Source: Candidatus Omnitrophota bacterium (GTDB lineage Bacteria > Omnitrophota > Gorgyraeia > Gygaellales > Profunditerraquicolaceae). From it: a DNA stretch of 64,000 nt. The translations under genes were made by a program, and so were the position numbers. The notes below the pieces were generated by a model. The model was given only the letters and a program-made list of their open reading frames with translations, did not search any database and was not told where the DNA came from. Of the stretch, positions 9,440 through 19,548 are shown piece by piece; position 1 is the stretch's first letter, and each line of letters begins with the position of its first letter. The stretch covers positions 2,296 through 66,295 of the forward strand of contig JBAZGA010000005.1 in NCBI GenBank assembly GCA_041653115.1. Direction: 5' to 3'.

Positions 9440-11209
9440 ATGCCAGGTCTTATTCCGGAGAATATCTTAGACGATATCTTAAGCCGGGTTAATATCGCTG
9501 AAGTGATTTCAGAATATATCCCCTTAAAGCGCGCAGGCAGGAATTTCAAGGCGCTCTGCCCTTTTCATCACGAGAAGACGCCTTCTTTTATGGTTTCTCC
9601 CGACCGCCAGATTTACCATTGTTTCGGCTGCGGGCAGTCGGGAAACGCTTTTAAGTTCCTGATGCAGTATGAGCGCATCGAATTTCCCGAGGCAGTGGAA
9701 ATCCTGGCAAAAAAGGCGGGCGTAATCCTGCCGGAAATTAAAAAACAGGATAATCAGACCCAGAGCCTGGTCAGCCAGCTTTATAAAGTCAATGAGCAGG
9801 CCGCGTATTTTTATGAGCAGGCCCTGTATTCCCGGGAAAACGAACAGGCATTAAATTATTTGTTGAAACGCAATATCAAGAAAGAGACGATGAAGCTGTT
9901 CAGGCTCGGCTTTGCCCCCGACAGGTGGGATGTCCTGATGAGCTATCTGAGGCAAAAAGCAGCCGGCTTGTCTTTGCAGGAGAAGGCGGGTTTAATCGTT
10001 TCCAAGCCCGACGGAGGCTATCACGACCGGTTTAAGAACCGGATTACTTTCCCGATACTCGACGTAAAATCCCGGGTTATCGCTTTCGGGGCAAGGATAT
10101 TCGCCGACAAGGACAATAAGCTGGCAAAATATGTTAATTCGCCCGAGACATTTATCTATACCAAAGGAAAAAACCTCTATGGCCTGAACCTGGCGAAAGA
10201 TGCAATCAGAGAGCGCGATTACGCGGTGATTGTGGAAGGCAATTTAGATTGCATTATGCCGTACCAGGAGGGGTTACGCAATATCGTGGCTTCCTTGGGT
10301 ACCGCGCTTACCGAAGAGCAGGTTAGATTATTAAAGAGATACACCCAGAACGCGGTAATGATTTATGACGCCGATAATGCCGGGCAGAACGCAACCCTGC
10401 GGTCGCTGGGGATATTTCTTGAAGAGGATATGAATGTGAGGATTGTAGCGCTCCCTGAAGGGCTTGACCCGGATTTATTTGTGCGTAAATACGGCATCCG
10501 GGCGCTGGAAGACGAGATAGAAAAGGCGAAGGGGTTATTCGATTATCAGCTGGGGGTTTTAGAGTCCCGCTATGATATCGGGAAAGAAGAAGGAAAAAGA
10601 AAGATTTTTGACGAGATGCTGATTACCATAAAAAAAGTAAAAAACGGGATTTTGCGCTCCGAATACATCAAGCGGCTCGCCGAGCACGCCGATGTGCCTG
10701 AATTCGAGGTGCGCGATGAATTTAACAAGCTCAAGGACGGCCGGCTGCGTCCGGATTCATACAGGTTTATAGAGCGGGGGAAAGCAGCGAACATAAATCC
10801 CACCGAAAAGTTATTGATTAAGCTGATGCTGGAAGAGAACGAGCTGATCGAGCATATCCGGCAGCACCTGGAGCCTGCCGATTTTCAGGATGAAAGGACC
10901 GCGCGGATTGTCTCGGTAATGTTTGATTTAATCAGCCAGGGAAAGGTTATAGAAACGAGCAAGTTGCTCAATTACCTTGACGATGAAGATACCCTAAAAT
11001 ACATCTGTGAATCGGCATTTAAATCGGAGGTATCCTCCGAGAATAAAGAGAAGGTGATTGACGACTGCATCAGGCTGATAAAGAATAAACGGCTGCTTCT
11101 TGCCAGGCAGCGCCTCCAGGAAGAGATAGAGATTGCCGAAGGTTCGGGCGATGAGGAAAAATTGAATAAACTAAAGACACAATTTTCCGATTTACTAAAA
11201 AAGAGGTAA
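9440..11209 (+). CDS. dnaG: DNA primase
   Basis: CHC2 zinc finger CPFHHEKTPSF...HCFGCG, TOPRIM (EGNLD, MIYDADNAG), C-terminal DnaB-interaction region. Confidence 0.95.
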   Translation: MPGLIPENILDDILSRVNIAEVISEYIPLKRAGRNFKALCPFHHEKTPSFMVSPDRQIYHCFGCGQSGNAFKFLMQYERIEFPEAVEILAKKAGVILPEIKKQDNQTQSLVSQLYKVNEQAAYFYEQALYSRENEQALNYLLKRNIKKETMKLFRLGFAPDRWDVLMSYLRQKAAGLSLQEKAGLIVSKPDGGYHDRFKNRITFPILDVKSRVIAFGARIFADKDNKLAKYVNSPETFIYTKGKNLYGLNLAKDAIRERDYAVIVEGNLDCIMPYQEGLRNIVASLGTALTEEQVRLLKRYTQNAVMIYDADNAGQNATLRSLGIFLEEDMNVRIVALPEGLDPDLFVRKYGIRALEDEIEKAKGLFDYQLGVLESRYDIGKEEGKRKIFDEMLITIKKVKNGILRSEYIKRLAEHADVPEFEVRDEFNKLKDGRLRPDSYRFIERGKAANINPTEKLLIKLMLEENELIEHIRQHLEPADFQDERTARIVSVMFDLISQGKVIETSKLLNYLDDEDTLKYICESAFKSEVSSENKEKVIDDCIRLIKNKRLLLARQRLQEEIEIAEGSGDEEKLNKLKTQFSDLLKKR

Positions 11210-11215
11210 AGAGAG

Positions 11216-12748
11216 ATGAAGAAAAAAATTTACACCAAAAAGGACGTAGAAAAGATTATCGCCCTTGGGCGGCAAAAAGGTTATCTTACTTACGATGAGG
11301 TAAATGACCTGCTTCCGGAAGACATCGCCTCTTCCGAGGATATCGACCAGATTTTTGAACTCCTGGGCAACGAAGATATCCAGCTTGTGGAGAGCGAAGA
11401 GGAAAGGACAGGCGGGAAAGCCGTCGCGCCCCTGGTAAAAGAGGCTATTTTAAGCGAACAGCAGGCGGTGGAAGAAAGGTTCCTGCCTCTGGATGACCCG
11501 GTAAAGATGTATCTTAAGCAAATGGGGTCGATTTCCCTGCTTACCCGGGAACACGAGATTGAGTTGGCCAAAAAAATAGAAGAGGCGGAGGATAAATTCA
11601 AGCGTGCGGCTATGGCGGCGAGGTTTGTCCGCAACGAGCTGCTGCGCGTCGCAGACGATATACTGGAAGGCCAGCTGAACCTGGATGAGGTGGTAAAAGA
11701 AGATATCAAAGCAAAGCGCTCCAGCGTCGTCAAAAGGATTAAGCGGAATAGCGAGCGCTTGAGGCGGACCAAGAGCAAGACCAAGACTATTGAGTTATTG
11801 ATGCAGTTTAATTTCACCACTTCAGTGGTGGAAAGAGCCGTGCGTAAGCTAAACCGCCTGCTCAGGGAATTGAACTCTGCCGTGTTTCAAAACGGGCGTA
11901 ACCGCTCCCGCAAGGCAGCTCTCTTAAAGCGGCTGGCAGAGCCTTACAAGAAAATCAAAGAGCAGATGAAGCTGATTAAGGCTACGCACCTGAAATTTAA
12001 CCGCACGAAAAAGCGCCTGGTCGAGGCCAATTTAAGGCTGGTCGTGAGTATTGCGAAAAAATATACCAACCGCGGGTTGTCGTTCTTAGATTTAATCCAG
12101 GAAGGCAATATCGGTTTAATGCGCGCGGTGGAGAAATTCGAATATAAGCGCGGCTATAAATTTTCTACCTACGCTACCTGGTGGATCAGGCAGGCGATTA
12201 CCCGTTCGATTGCCGACCAGGCACGCACCATCCGTATCCCGGTGCATATGACCGAGACGATAAATAAAATTATGCGTTTCTCGCGGATGTTTGTCCAGCA
12301 GAACGGCCGTGAGCCGAACCCCGAAGAAATCGCCCAGAAAATGCGCCTGCCGCAGGATAAGATAAAGGTGATTTTGAAGATTGCCCAGGAGCCGATATCT
12401 TTACAGACTCCTATCGGCGATGAAGGCGATACTCATTTCGGGGATTTTATCCAGGACAAAAAGGCAATTTCTCCCGCTAACGCCACGGTGCGCACGATGT
12501 TAAAAGAAGAAATGAATTCCGCGCTCGGCACCCTCAGTGACCGTGAAAAGAAAATACTGGTCCTGCGTTTCGGGGTAACCGACGGTATCCCGCGGACGCT
12601 GGAAGAGGTAGGTAGTGTTTTCCGCGTGACCCGCGAAAGGGTGCGCCAGATTGAAGCCAAGGCGTTAAAAAAGCTGAGGCATCCGACCCGCTCCCGCCGC
12701 CTGCGCACTTTCCTTGATATGACCCTGGCACACCAGAGGGAGTATTAA
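11216..12748 (+). CDS. rpoD: RNA polymerase primary sigma factor (sigma-70)
   Basis: Region 2 [37 protein letters not shown] and region 4 HTH; canonical dnaG-rpoD order. Confidence 0.95.
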   Translation: MKKKIYTKKDVEKIIALGRQKGYLTYDEVNDLLPEDIASSEDIDQIFELLGNEDIQLVESEEERTGGKAVAPLVKEAILSEQQAVEERFLPLDDPVKMYLKQMGSISLLTREHEIELAKKIEEAEDKFKRAAMAARFVRNELLRVADDILEGQLNLDEVVKEDIKAKRSSVVKRIKRNSERLRRTKSKTKTIELLMQFNFTTSVVERAVRKLNRLLRELNSAVFQNGRNRSRKAALLKRLAEPYKKIKEQMKLIKATHLKFNRTKKRLVEANLRLVVSIAKKYTNRGLSFLDLIQEGNIGLMRAVEKFEYKRGYKFSTYATWWIRQAITRSIADQARTIRIPVHMTETINKIMRFSRMFVQQNGREPNPEEIAQKMRLPQDKIKVILKIAQEPISLQTPIGDEGDTHFGDFIQDKKAISPANATVRTMLKEEMNSALGTLSDREKKILVLRFGVTDGIPRTLEEVGSVFRVTRERVRQIEAKALKKLRHPTRSRRLRTFLDMTLAHQREY

Positions 12749-12769
12749 AGGCAGGCAGTCAGCCCAGAG

Positions 12770-13144
12770 ATGAGCGATATCAAAGAGAAGAAGATTGCCG
12801 TAGTCGGCGTATCGCATAAAGAGGAAAAAGTCAGTTTTAAAATATTCCGGGATTTGCTTGCTGCCGGCTTCAATGTCAAAGGGGTCAATCCTTCTGACGG
12901 CGAGGTAGCCGGCAAAGAAATCTACCGCTCTTTAAAAGAGCTTGGATTTGTTCCCGATTTAGTGATTACGATTGTCCCTGTGCAGGTCACCGAGCGGATA
13001 GTTGATGAATGCAGGGAGCTGGGAATTAAGGAAATCTGGATGCAGCCGGGCTCAGAAAGCGAAGCGGCGGTTAAGAAAGCCAAAGCATACGGGATTTCCG
13101 TTACCTACAACGCCTGCTTTATGGTGCAAAAAGGCCTCTGGTAA
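12770..13144 (+). CDS. CoA-binding domain protein (YccU-like)
   Basis: KKIAVVGVS...VPVQVTERIVDECRELGIKEIWMQPGSES CoA_binding signature. Confidence 0.8.
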   Translation: MSDIKEKKIAVVGVSHKEEKVSFKIFRDLLAAGFNVKGVNPSDGEVAGKEIYRSLKELGFVPDLVITIVPVQVTERIVDECRELGIKEIWMQPGSESEAAVKKAKAYGISVTYNACFMVQKGLW

Positions 13145-13181
13145 TTCCATACTCTTTCCTCCTATTTTTTCTAATTTTCCC

Positions 13182-13210
13182 TTGCCAAATCACCGATAAA
13201 ATAGTATTAT
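13182..13210 (+). promoter_or_regulatory. Putative promoter of the tRNA-Met/tRNA-Val pair (TTGCCA-17-TATTAT)
   Basis: -35-like TTGCCA at 13182-13187 and -10-like TATTAT at 13205-13210, followed by an AT-rich discriminator. Confidence 0.45.
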
Positions 13211-13236
13211 ATAATGTTACTTTATATATAAACGAC

Positions 13237-13309
13237 GGGCCCATAGCTCAGTGGTGAGAGCAGGTGACTCATAATCACTTGGTCCGGGGTTCGAATCCCT
13301 GTGGGCCCA
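13237..13309 (+). tRNA. tRNA-Met, elongator type (anticodon CAT; Ile2/lysidine not excluded)
   Basis: Manual cloverleaf: acceptor GGGCCCA/TGGGCCC, D-loop AGTGGTGA, anticodon loop CTCATAA, T-loop TTCGAAT. Confidence 0.8.
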
Positions 13310-13327
13310 GGGTTTTCGTAAAATCCA

Positions 13328-13401
13328 GGGCGCATGGCTCAGCTGGTTAGAGCGCCACACTCACATTGTGGAGATCGTAGGTCCGAATCCTACTGCGCCC
13401 A
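13328..13401 (+). tRNA. tRNA-Val (anticodon CAC)
   Basis: Manual cloverleaf: acceptor GGGCGCA/TGCGCCC, anticodon stem CCACA/TGTGG, loop CTCACAT; the T-loop reads TCCGAAT (C at position 55), which is unusual. Confidence 0.7.
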
Positions 13402-13426
13402 CTTATAAAAGAGGAGAGGTTCAAAA

Positions 13427-14155
13427 TTGCCGATTGACGGCCTAAAAACACAGATTGCCAACCTCACTAAATTACAGACGGTGGATAGCGAAATTTACGC
13501 TTTACGCCGCGAAAAAGAATCCCATCCCCAGGCAATCAAGGCGCTGGAAACCGCCTTTGAAGAGAAGAAGCTGAGCCTGGCAAACGCGGAAAAGGCCTTG
13601 TTGGATTTGCAGAAACAGAGAAAGGAAAAGGAAATAGAGCTGGCTTCCAAGGAAGAGGCGGCAAAAAAATTACAGACGCAGCTTTATCAGCTCAAGACCA
13701 ATAAAGAATACCAGGCGATGCTGCAGCAGATACAGGATAGCAAGGCAGACGCTTCCGTAACCGAGGACGGGATTTTGCTGCTGCTTGACCAGATAGATAA
13801 GGCCAAGGCCGACATCGAGAAGGAAAAGAAGAGGCTCCAGGATGAGGAGAAGGTATTTAACCAGGAGAAGGCAAAGGTAGAAACCCGCGGCAGGGAAATC
13901 GACGACCGGATGAGCCAATTAGAGGCGCAGAGAAAACAGGTTATACCCGGCATTGACCCGAAAATACTCAGCCAGTACGAAAGGATATTGCTTAACCGCG
14001 ACGGCTTAGCTATCGTTACGGTCAATAATAATTCCTGCCAGGGGTGCAATATGTACGTGCCTCCCCAGGTAATCAATCTGATTAAGATGTATGAGAACCT
14101 GATTACCTGCGAGGTTTGCAACAGGATACTTTGTATCGGCGATGAGGCAGCTTGA
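13427..14155 (+). CDS. Coiled-coil protein with C-terminal C4 zinc ribbon (COG1579 family)
   Basis: Long coiled-coil followed by CQGCNMYVPPQ...CEVCNRILC zinc ribbon; this family is commonly found beside rnpB/RNase H genes. Confidence 0.7.
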   Translation: MPIDGLKTQIANLTKLQTVDSEIYALRREKESHPQAIKALETAFEEKKLSLANAEKALLDLQKQRKEKEIELASKEEAAKKLQTQLYQLKTNKEYQAMLQQIQDSKADASVTEDGILLLLDQIDKAKADIEKEKKRLQDEEKVFNQEKAKVETRGREIDDRMSQLEAQRKQVIPGIDPKILSQYERILLNRDGLAIVTVNNNSCQGCNMYVPPQVINLIKMYENLITCEVCNRILCIGDEAA

Positions 14156-14552
14156 GATTTATATTGACGGCGCGGCAAAGGGCAATCCCGGCCCGGCCGG
14201 GATAGGCGTAGTGATTGTCCAGGGGGGAGAGGTTTTAAAAAATATCGCCAATTTTATCGGCAACGCGACGAATAATGTTGCCGAATATACGGCGCTGATT
14301 TACGCCTTGCAGGAAGCATTGCTCTTGAAGGCGGAGTCGCTAAAGATAAATACAGACAGCCAGCTTTTATGCCGCCAGATAAAAAAAGAATATAAAGTAA
14401 AAAACGCGAATATCCGGGCGCTATATAACCAGGCATTGCATCTTTTATCGGGCTTCAAAGAGATTTCTCTGAATCATATTGCCCGCGAGAATAACCGCGG
14501 CGCGGATAAATTGGCCAATCTTGCGATAAAAAAAGCGATTAGAAAAGCTTAA
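14142..14552 (+). CDS. rnhA: Ribonuclease HI
   Basis: IYIDGAAKGNPGPAGIGVVI...NNVAEYTALIYALQEA...NRGADKLANLA RNase H catalytic DEDD context. Confidence 0.85.
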   Translation: MRQLEIYIDGAAKGNPGPAGIGVVIVQGGEVLKNIANFIGNATNNVAEYTALIYALQEALLLKAESLKINTDSQLLCRQIKKEYKVKNANIRALYNQALHLLSGFKEISLNHIARENNRGADKLANLAIKKAIRKA

Positions 14553-14574
14553 AAGTTAACGTTCTTTAATAATC

Positions 14575-14956
14575 GGGCAGGTAGAAAGTGGCCGCTCCGT
14601 TTACAAAAACGGAGAGGAAAGTCCGAGCTCCGGAGGGTAAGCGTAATGGGTAACGCCCATCCAGCGGCAGGAAACTGCCGGTGAGGATTTCCCGCCTTTG
14701 GCGGGATCCCTGCGGAAGCGTAAGCAAAGGCAGGGAAGAGCTACAGAGACGAGCCCGCCACGATTTGTGGCGGGGTGAAACGCCAGCAATCTCTACGCGG
14801 AGCAAGGCCAAATAGGAGACGAGGGGTGGACCCGCCCCGTTAATAATCTCGGGTAGGCTGCATGACTTTCGGCGGCAACGCCGGAAGCAAGAGAAATGGC
14901 CACCAGGACGCGGTTAATCGCATCCGGTACAGAACTCGGCTTATTCTATCTGCCCT
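14575..14956 (+). ncRNA. rnpB: RNase P RNA, bacterial type A
   Basis: P4 hallmark GGAAAGTCCGAGCTCC near the 5' end, conserved 3' ACAGAACTCGGCTTA, P1 pairing GGGCAGGTAGAA / TTCTATCTGCCC, T-run after the 3' end. Confidence 0.85.
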
Positions 14957-14985
14957 TTTTAAAATGTAATTAAAGGGAGGAAATT

Positions 14986-15738
14986 ATGTCAGGTCATTCA
15001 AAATGGAAAACCAATAAAGCCAAAAAAACGGCGGCTGACGCTAAAAAGGGGGCAGCCTACACTAAGCTGATTAAGGAAATTACGGTTATTGCGCGCGAAG
15101 GCGGAGGCAATCCGGAAACAAACAGCAGGCTGCGGGCGATTATGGCCAAGGCAAAAGAAGCGAATATGCCTTCGGATAACGTCAAAATGGCAATCAAGCG
15201 CGGCACCGGAGAATTGCCCGGGGTAGTTTATGAGAGCGTTACTTACGAGGCCTATGGCCCGGCGGGCGTGGCAATTATGATTGAGGCGCTCACCGATAAT
15301 AAAAACCGTACTTCCGCGGAACTGCGCAACGTGATGTCTAAAAAAGGCGGTAATTTTGCCGGCGCAGGTTCAGTCAGCTGGATGTTTACCAAAAAAGGCT
15401 ATTTTCTGATTGAGAAGAGCCAGGCCAAGGAAGAGGAGCTGATGACCCTCGTCCTGGATGCCGGAGCCGAAGATATGAAATCAGACGATAAAAATTACGA
15501 AATTTTTACCGCGCCCCAGGATTTTGAAAAGATAAAGCAGGTCATCGAGGAAAAAGGGATTAAGTGCCAGGACGCCGAGGTAACGATGATTCCTTCTTCA
15601 AGCATCAAGCTGGCCGGCAGCGACGCCAAGCAATTGCTGGAATTAATCAGCGCCCTGGAAGAACACGATGATGTGCAGCAGGTTTATGCCAACTTTGACA
15701 TACCCGATGAGATCATCGAGCAGATGGGAGATGCCTAG
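14986..15738 (+). CDS. yebC: YebC/PmpR family transcriptional regulator
   Basis: MSGHSKWKTNKAKKTAADAKKG N-terminus and overall YebC profile; RBS AGGGAGG. Confidence 0.9.
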   Translation: MSGHSKWKTNKAKKTAADAKKGAAYTKLIKEITVIAREGGGNPETNSRLRAIMAKAKEANMPSDNVKMAIKRGTGELPGVVYESVTYEAYGPAGVAIMIEALTDNKNRTSAELRNVMSKKGGNFAGAGSVSWMFTKKGYFLIEKSQAKEEELMTLVLDAGAEDMKSDDKNYEIFTAPQDFEKIKQVIEEKGIKCQDAEVTMIPSSSIKLAGSDAKQLLELISALEEHDDVQQVYANFDIPDEIIEQMGDA

Positions 15739-15742
15739 GAAG

Positions 15743-16225
15743 ATGCGCATCCTGGGGATCGATCCGGCTTTGACCATCAGCGGATACGGGGTAATTGACA
15801 ATTTAAAAAACCGCCTGGCTTTAGTAGAGGCGGGGATAATCAGGACTTCGCCCGGACAGCCATTAACGGAGCGCTTAAAAAAAATCCACCGGGGGATGGC
15901 GAAATTAATCCTGGATACCCGGCCCGATGTTGCGGTTTTGGAAAAATTATACGCCCATTACCGGCATCCCACTACCGCTTATCTTTTAGGCCAGGCGCGC
16001 GGGGTAATTCTCCTGTCCTGCGCGGCAGGTAATGTCCCGGTGGTGGAATACGCGGCTACGCGCGTCAAAAAAGCGATTGTCGGCCAAGGCCTGGCGTCCA
16101 AATACCAGGTACAGAAAATGGTAGCGAGTATACTTGATTTAAAGAGCCTGCCTAAGTTTACAGACGTGACTGATGCCCTGGCATTGGCTATCGCGCACCA
16201 TTATATCGCGGGGAAGCAGGTATGA
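15743..16225 (+). CDS. ruvC: Crossover junction endodeoxyribonuclease RuvC
   Basis: MRILGIDPALTISGYGV... RuvC N-terminus; start moved from the track's 15668 to ATG 15743 with RBS AGGAAG. Confidence 0.9.
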   Translation: MRILGIDPALTISGYGVIDNLKNRLALVEAGIIRTSPGQPLTERLKKIHRGMAKLILDTRPDVAVLEKLYAHYRHPTTAYLLGQARGVILLSCAAGNVPVVEYAATRVKKAIVGQGLASKYQVQKMVASILDLKSLPKFTDVTDALALAIAHHYIAGKQV

Positions 16226-16848
16226 TCGCGAAAATTTCCGGAAAGATTGCCGAAAGAGGCGCCAATTATTTACTCATTGATGTCGGCGGTATATGTTATG
16301 AGGTTTTTCTTCCCACCTGCGTAATGCAGCGGCTGGATGAAGGATTACAGCCGGACAATACGGTCAGCCTGATTACCTATCACTATCATCAGGTTGAGCC
16401 GTCTAAAAGCACTCCGGTTCTGATCGGCTTTTTAAATGAAGTGGAGAGAGAATTTTTTGAGTCCTTTATTACCGTATCGGGGATCGGGCCGCGCGCGGCG
16501 CTCAAGGCCCTGAATAAGCCTATCTCTTTAATTGCCCGGGCAATCGATGAAGCGGACATAGTTTTCCTGACTTCTCTGCCGGGTATCGGCCAGCAGAGGG
16601 CAAGGGAAATTGTCGCCAAGCTGCAGAACAAAGTCGGTAAATTCGGCCTGATTCAGGACGATAAAGTCAAAACGCGCAAAGTCCCGGTCAGCGATATCGT
16701 GGAAGAAGCGCAGGCCGTTTTGATGCAGCTGGAATATAAGAAATCCGAAGCCCAGGCAATGATTAAGAAGGCGCTGGAAAGGTCCAGCGGCATCCAGACG
16801 ACCGAGGAGCTTTTGAACGAACTCTATAAACAGAGGAAATTAAAATAA
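16222..16848 (+). CDS. ruvA: Holliday junction DNA helicase RuvA
   Basis: MIAKISGKI...LIDVGGICYEVF OB-fold start, HhH motifs (GIGPRAALKAL, LPGIGQQRAREIV), ATGA coupling to ruvC. Confidence 0.9.
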   Translation: MIAKISGKIAERGANYLLIDVGGICYEVFLPTCVMQRLDEGLQPDNTVSLITYHYHQVEPSKSTPVLIGFLNEVEREFFESFITVSGIGPRAALKALNKPISLIARAIDEADIVFLTSLPGIGQQRAREIVAKLQNKVGKFGLIQDDKVKTRKVPVSDIVEEAQAVLMQLEYKKSEAQAMIKKALERSSGIQTTEELLNELYKQRKLK

Positions 16849-16849
16849 A

Positions 16850-17425
16850 ATGAGCGAGGATAATGTCAAAGCGGTAATCGAGGCGCTGCTTTTTTCCAGC
16901 GACAAGCCTCTGACTCTTGAACAGATAAGAGGCGTGTTGAATAATCTGGACACCAGCCAAATCCGGCAGTCTCTGGAAGAATTAAAGTCTGAATACGAAA
17001 CCGCCAACCGGGGGGTGCGGGTTACGGAAGTCGCCGGCGGATTTCAGATGATTACCTCGCCTGTTTTTGCCTCTTTTTTAAAGAAGCTTTATAAGCAGCG
17101 CCGGGTAGAAAAATTGTCCAAACCCGCCCTGGAAACATTGGCGATGGTGGCTTATAAACAGCCGGTATCCAAGGCGGAGATAGAGTCTTTGCGTAATGTA
17201 AATGTCGATGGCGTAGTGGCGAGCCTTTTGGATAAAGACCTCATCCGCGTTGCCGGAAGGAAAAAGGCTCCGGGCCGGCCTTTTGTCTACGGGACAACCC
17301 GGCAGTTTTTGGAATACTTCGGCTTAAAATCATTGGAAGAATTGCCGAAGATAGAAAATTTCCAGGTGCCGCCAAATACAGGGGAGGGGATAGATGAGCC
17401 TAAAGAAGTTGCGCAGACAAATTGA
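16850..17425 (+). CDS. scpB: Segregation and condensation protein B
   Basis: AVIEALLFSSDKPLTLEQI ScpB N-terminal winged helix. Confidence 0.85.
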   Translation: MSEDNVKAVIEALLFSSDKPLTLEQIRGVLNNLDTSQIRQSLEELKSEYETANRGVRVTEVAGGFQMITSPVFASFLKKLYKQRRVEKLSKPALETLAMVAYKQPVSKAEIESLRNVNVDGVVASLLDKDLIRVAGRKKAPGRPFVYGTTRQFLEYFGLKSLEELPKIENFQVPPNTGEGIDEPKEVAQTN

Positions 17426-18455
17426 TAATATAGATAAGCAGATAACCCGGCTTTTGAACCTGCGTACCAGGGTAACGCTGGATATCGCCAGGCTTAAACG
17501 CAGCGCCGGAAAGAGCGGATATTCTCCGGACCGCGAAAGTGAAGTGCTGAAGAGAGTCACCGGCGCAAACAAAGGCCCGTTGAATAATTCCAGCCTCACT
17601 GCAATCTACAGGGAGATTATGTCTTCCAGCCTGAGTATGGGCGCAGCCGTAAGGATAGCTTATTTGGGGCCGCAGGCGACCTTTACCCACCTGGCAGCTT
17701 TAAAGAAATTCGGCACACAGGTGGAATATTTAGCCTGTAACAGCATCAGCGATGTCTTCTCGGCAGTGGAAAAAGGCGAGGCGAATTACGGCGTGGTCCC
17801 GATAGAGAATTCCATCGAAGGAGCAGTCAGTCATACCCTGGATATGCTCGTGGATTCGGATTTAAAGATTTGCAGCCAGATAATTTTAGAGGTGGCGCAT
17901 AATCTCCTGGCAAATTGCCCGAAGAGCAAAATCAAGCGGATATATTCTATCGCGCAGGTCTTCGGCCAGTGCCGCATCTGGCTCCAGGAGAACCTGCCTC
18001 TTACGGAAAGAATTGAGGTATCCAGCACCACCCGCGCCGCGCAAATCGCCGCCAAAGAAAAATACAGCGCCTGCATTGCCTCGCTTTTAGCGGCGAAGGT
18101 TTATAAACTAAAAGTAATCGCTTCCGATATCGAAGATTCGGCGCATAATATTACGCGCTTTCTGGTCATCGGCCGGACCGACGTGCCGGTAACCGGCAAC
18201 GATAAGACCTCGATTATGTTCTCGATTAAAGACAGGGTAGGGGCGTTGCACGATATGCTTATGCCTTTCAAGAAATCCCGGATTAACCTGACCAAGATAG
18301 AGTCCCGGCCCTCAAAAAAGAAAGCCTGGGATTACTACTTCTTTGTTGATTTAGCCGGCCACCGCAATAATCCGAAGGTGAATAAGGCAATCCGGGAACT
18401 GGAAAATAAATGTAAGTTTTTGAAAATTTTAGGCTCGTATCCGGTAGGAGAATAA
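17394..18455 (+). CDS. pheA: Bifunctional chorismate mutase / prephenate dehydratase (P-protein)
   Basis: N-terminal CM_2 helix (LRRQIDNIDKQITRLLNLR), PDT domain, C-terminal ACT. Confidence 0.85.
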   Translation: MSLKKLRRQIDNIDKQITRLLNLRTRVTLDIARLKRSAGKSGYSPDRESEVLKRVTGANKGPLNNSSLTAIYREIMSSSLSMGAAVRIAYLGPQATFTHLAALKKFGTQVEYLACNSISDVFSAVEKGEANYGVVPIENSIEGAVSHTLDMLVDSDLKICSQIILEVAHNLLANCPKSKIKRIYSIAQVFGQCRIWLQENLPLTERIEVSSTTRAAQIAAKEKYSACIASLLAAKVYKLKVIASDIEDSAHNITRFLVIGRTDVPVTGNDKTSIMFSIKDRVGALHDMLMPFKKSRINLTKIESRPSKKKAWDYYFFVDLAGHRNNPKVNKAIRELENKCKFLKILGSYPVGE

Positions 18456-19537
18456 TGGAAGAATTAGTCAGAAAAAATATACTCAGGATTATGCCCTATC
18501 AGGCAGGTAAGCCCATAGAGGAAACAAAAAGGCAGTTGGGTTTAAAGGACGTGATTAAGCTTGCTTCTAACGAGAACCCCCTGGGCGTATCTCCCAAGGC
18601 AGTGGCAGCGATAAAAAAGCACCTCTCGCAGCTTAACCGCTACCCCGACAGCAGCAGCTTTTATTTGAAAAGAAAGCTGGGTAAATATTTTAACCTGCAG
18701 CCGGGCCAGATTATTGCCGGAAACGGCTCGGACGAGCTGATTGACGTGATTATCAAGACCTTTGTCGAAGAAGATGAAAACATCATCACCTCGGAGGGCA
18801 CGTTCCTGGAATACGGCATTATTTCCCAGGTGAATAACCGTAAAATCATCACTGCCCCCCTGAAGTATTTTAAATATGATTTAGGGGCGATAAAGAAAAA
18901 AATTGACAGGAGGACCAAGCTTATTTTTATTTCCAACCCGAATAATCCTACGGGCACTTATGTTTCCCAGCTGGAACTTGAAGAATTTATGCAGGACCTG
19001 CCCGAAGGGGTATTATTGGTGTTGGATGAGGCATACGATACCTTCGTTGATACCGCTGATTTTCCCAGCAGCCTAAGCTATATCCGCGATAATAATGTAA
19101 TCGTGATGAAGACATTCTCCAAGGCTTATGGCCTGGCCGGTTTAAGGATCGGCTGCGCCTTTGCCCGTCCGGAATTAATTTCGGCGATGGAAAAGGTCCG
19201 CCAGCCCTTTAACGTCAATTCATTGGCGCAGGCAGCGGCCGTTGCCGCATTAGACGACAGGCAGTTCCTGAAAAAAACCAGGAAGATAGTTTTAGAGGGC
19301 AAGGGCTATCTTTACGATGGCCTGACGTCGCTGGGATTAGCCTATGTCCCGTCGGTTGCTAATTTTATCCTGGTTGATGTGGGGCGGGACAGTGTCCTTT
19401 TCTTCAGGGAGATGCTTAAATACGGCGTGATTATCAGGGATATGAAACAATACGGCTTAAAAAACTTTATCCGCGTAAGCGTCGGGACAAAAAAAGAGAA
19501 TGAACGGTTTATCAGAGTTTTAAAGAAAGTACTTTAA
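18455..19537 (+). CDS. hisC: Histidinol-phosphate / aromatic aminotransferase (class II PLP)
   Basis: LASNENPLG...KTFSKAYGLAGLRIG PLP-lysine context. Confidence 0.85.
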   Translation: MEELVRKNILRIMPYQAGKPIEETKRQLGLKDVIKLASNENPLGVSPKAVAAIKKHLSQLNRYPDSSSFYLKRKLGKYFNLQPGQIIAGNGSDELIDVIIKTFVEEDENIITSEGTFLEYGIISQVNNRKIITAPLKYFKYDLGAIKKKIDRRTKLIFISNPNNPTGTYVSQLELEEFMQDLPEGVLLVLDEAYDTFVDTADFPSSLSYIRDNNVIVMKTFSKAYGLAGLRIGCAFARPELISAMEKVRQPFNVNSLAQAAAVAALDDRQFLKKTRKIVLEGKGYLYDGLTSLGLAYVPSVANFILVDVGRDSVLFFREMLKYGVIIRDMKQYGLKNFIRVSVGTKKENERFIRVLKKVL

Positions 19538-19548
19538 GGAGGATGTAA

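Noticed and set aside
11290-11820. 176-aa minus-strand ORF inside rpoD, and similar antisense ORFs inside other conserved genes (e.g. 47112-47705, 4841-5302, 22404-22745)
   Set aside because: All overlap unambiguous + strand housekeeping or enzyme genes and show Ser/Leu/Arg-rich antisense composition.
14566-14811. Minus-strand ORFs (81 and 62 aa) overlapping the RNase P RNA gene
   Set aside because: They lie entirely within a region with clear rnpB P4 and 3' signatures, and the translations are low-complexity Arg/Leu-rich. They are spurious.
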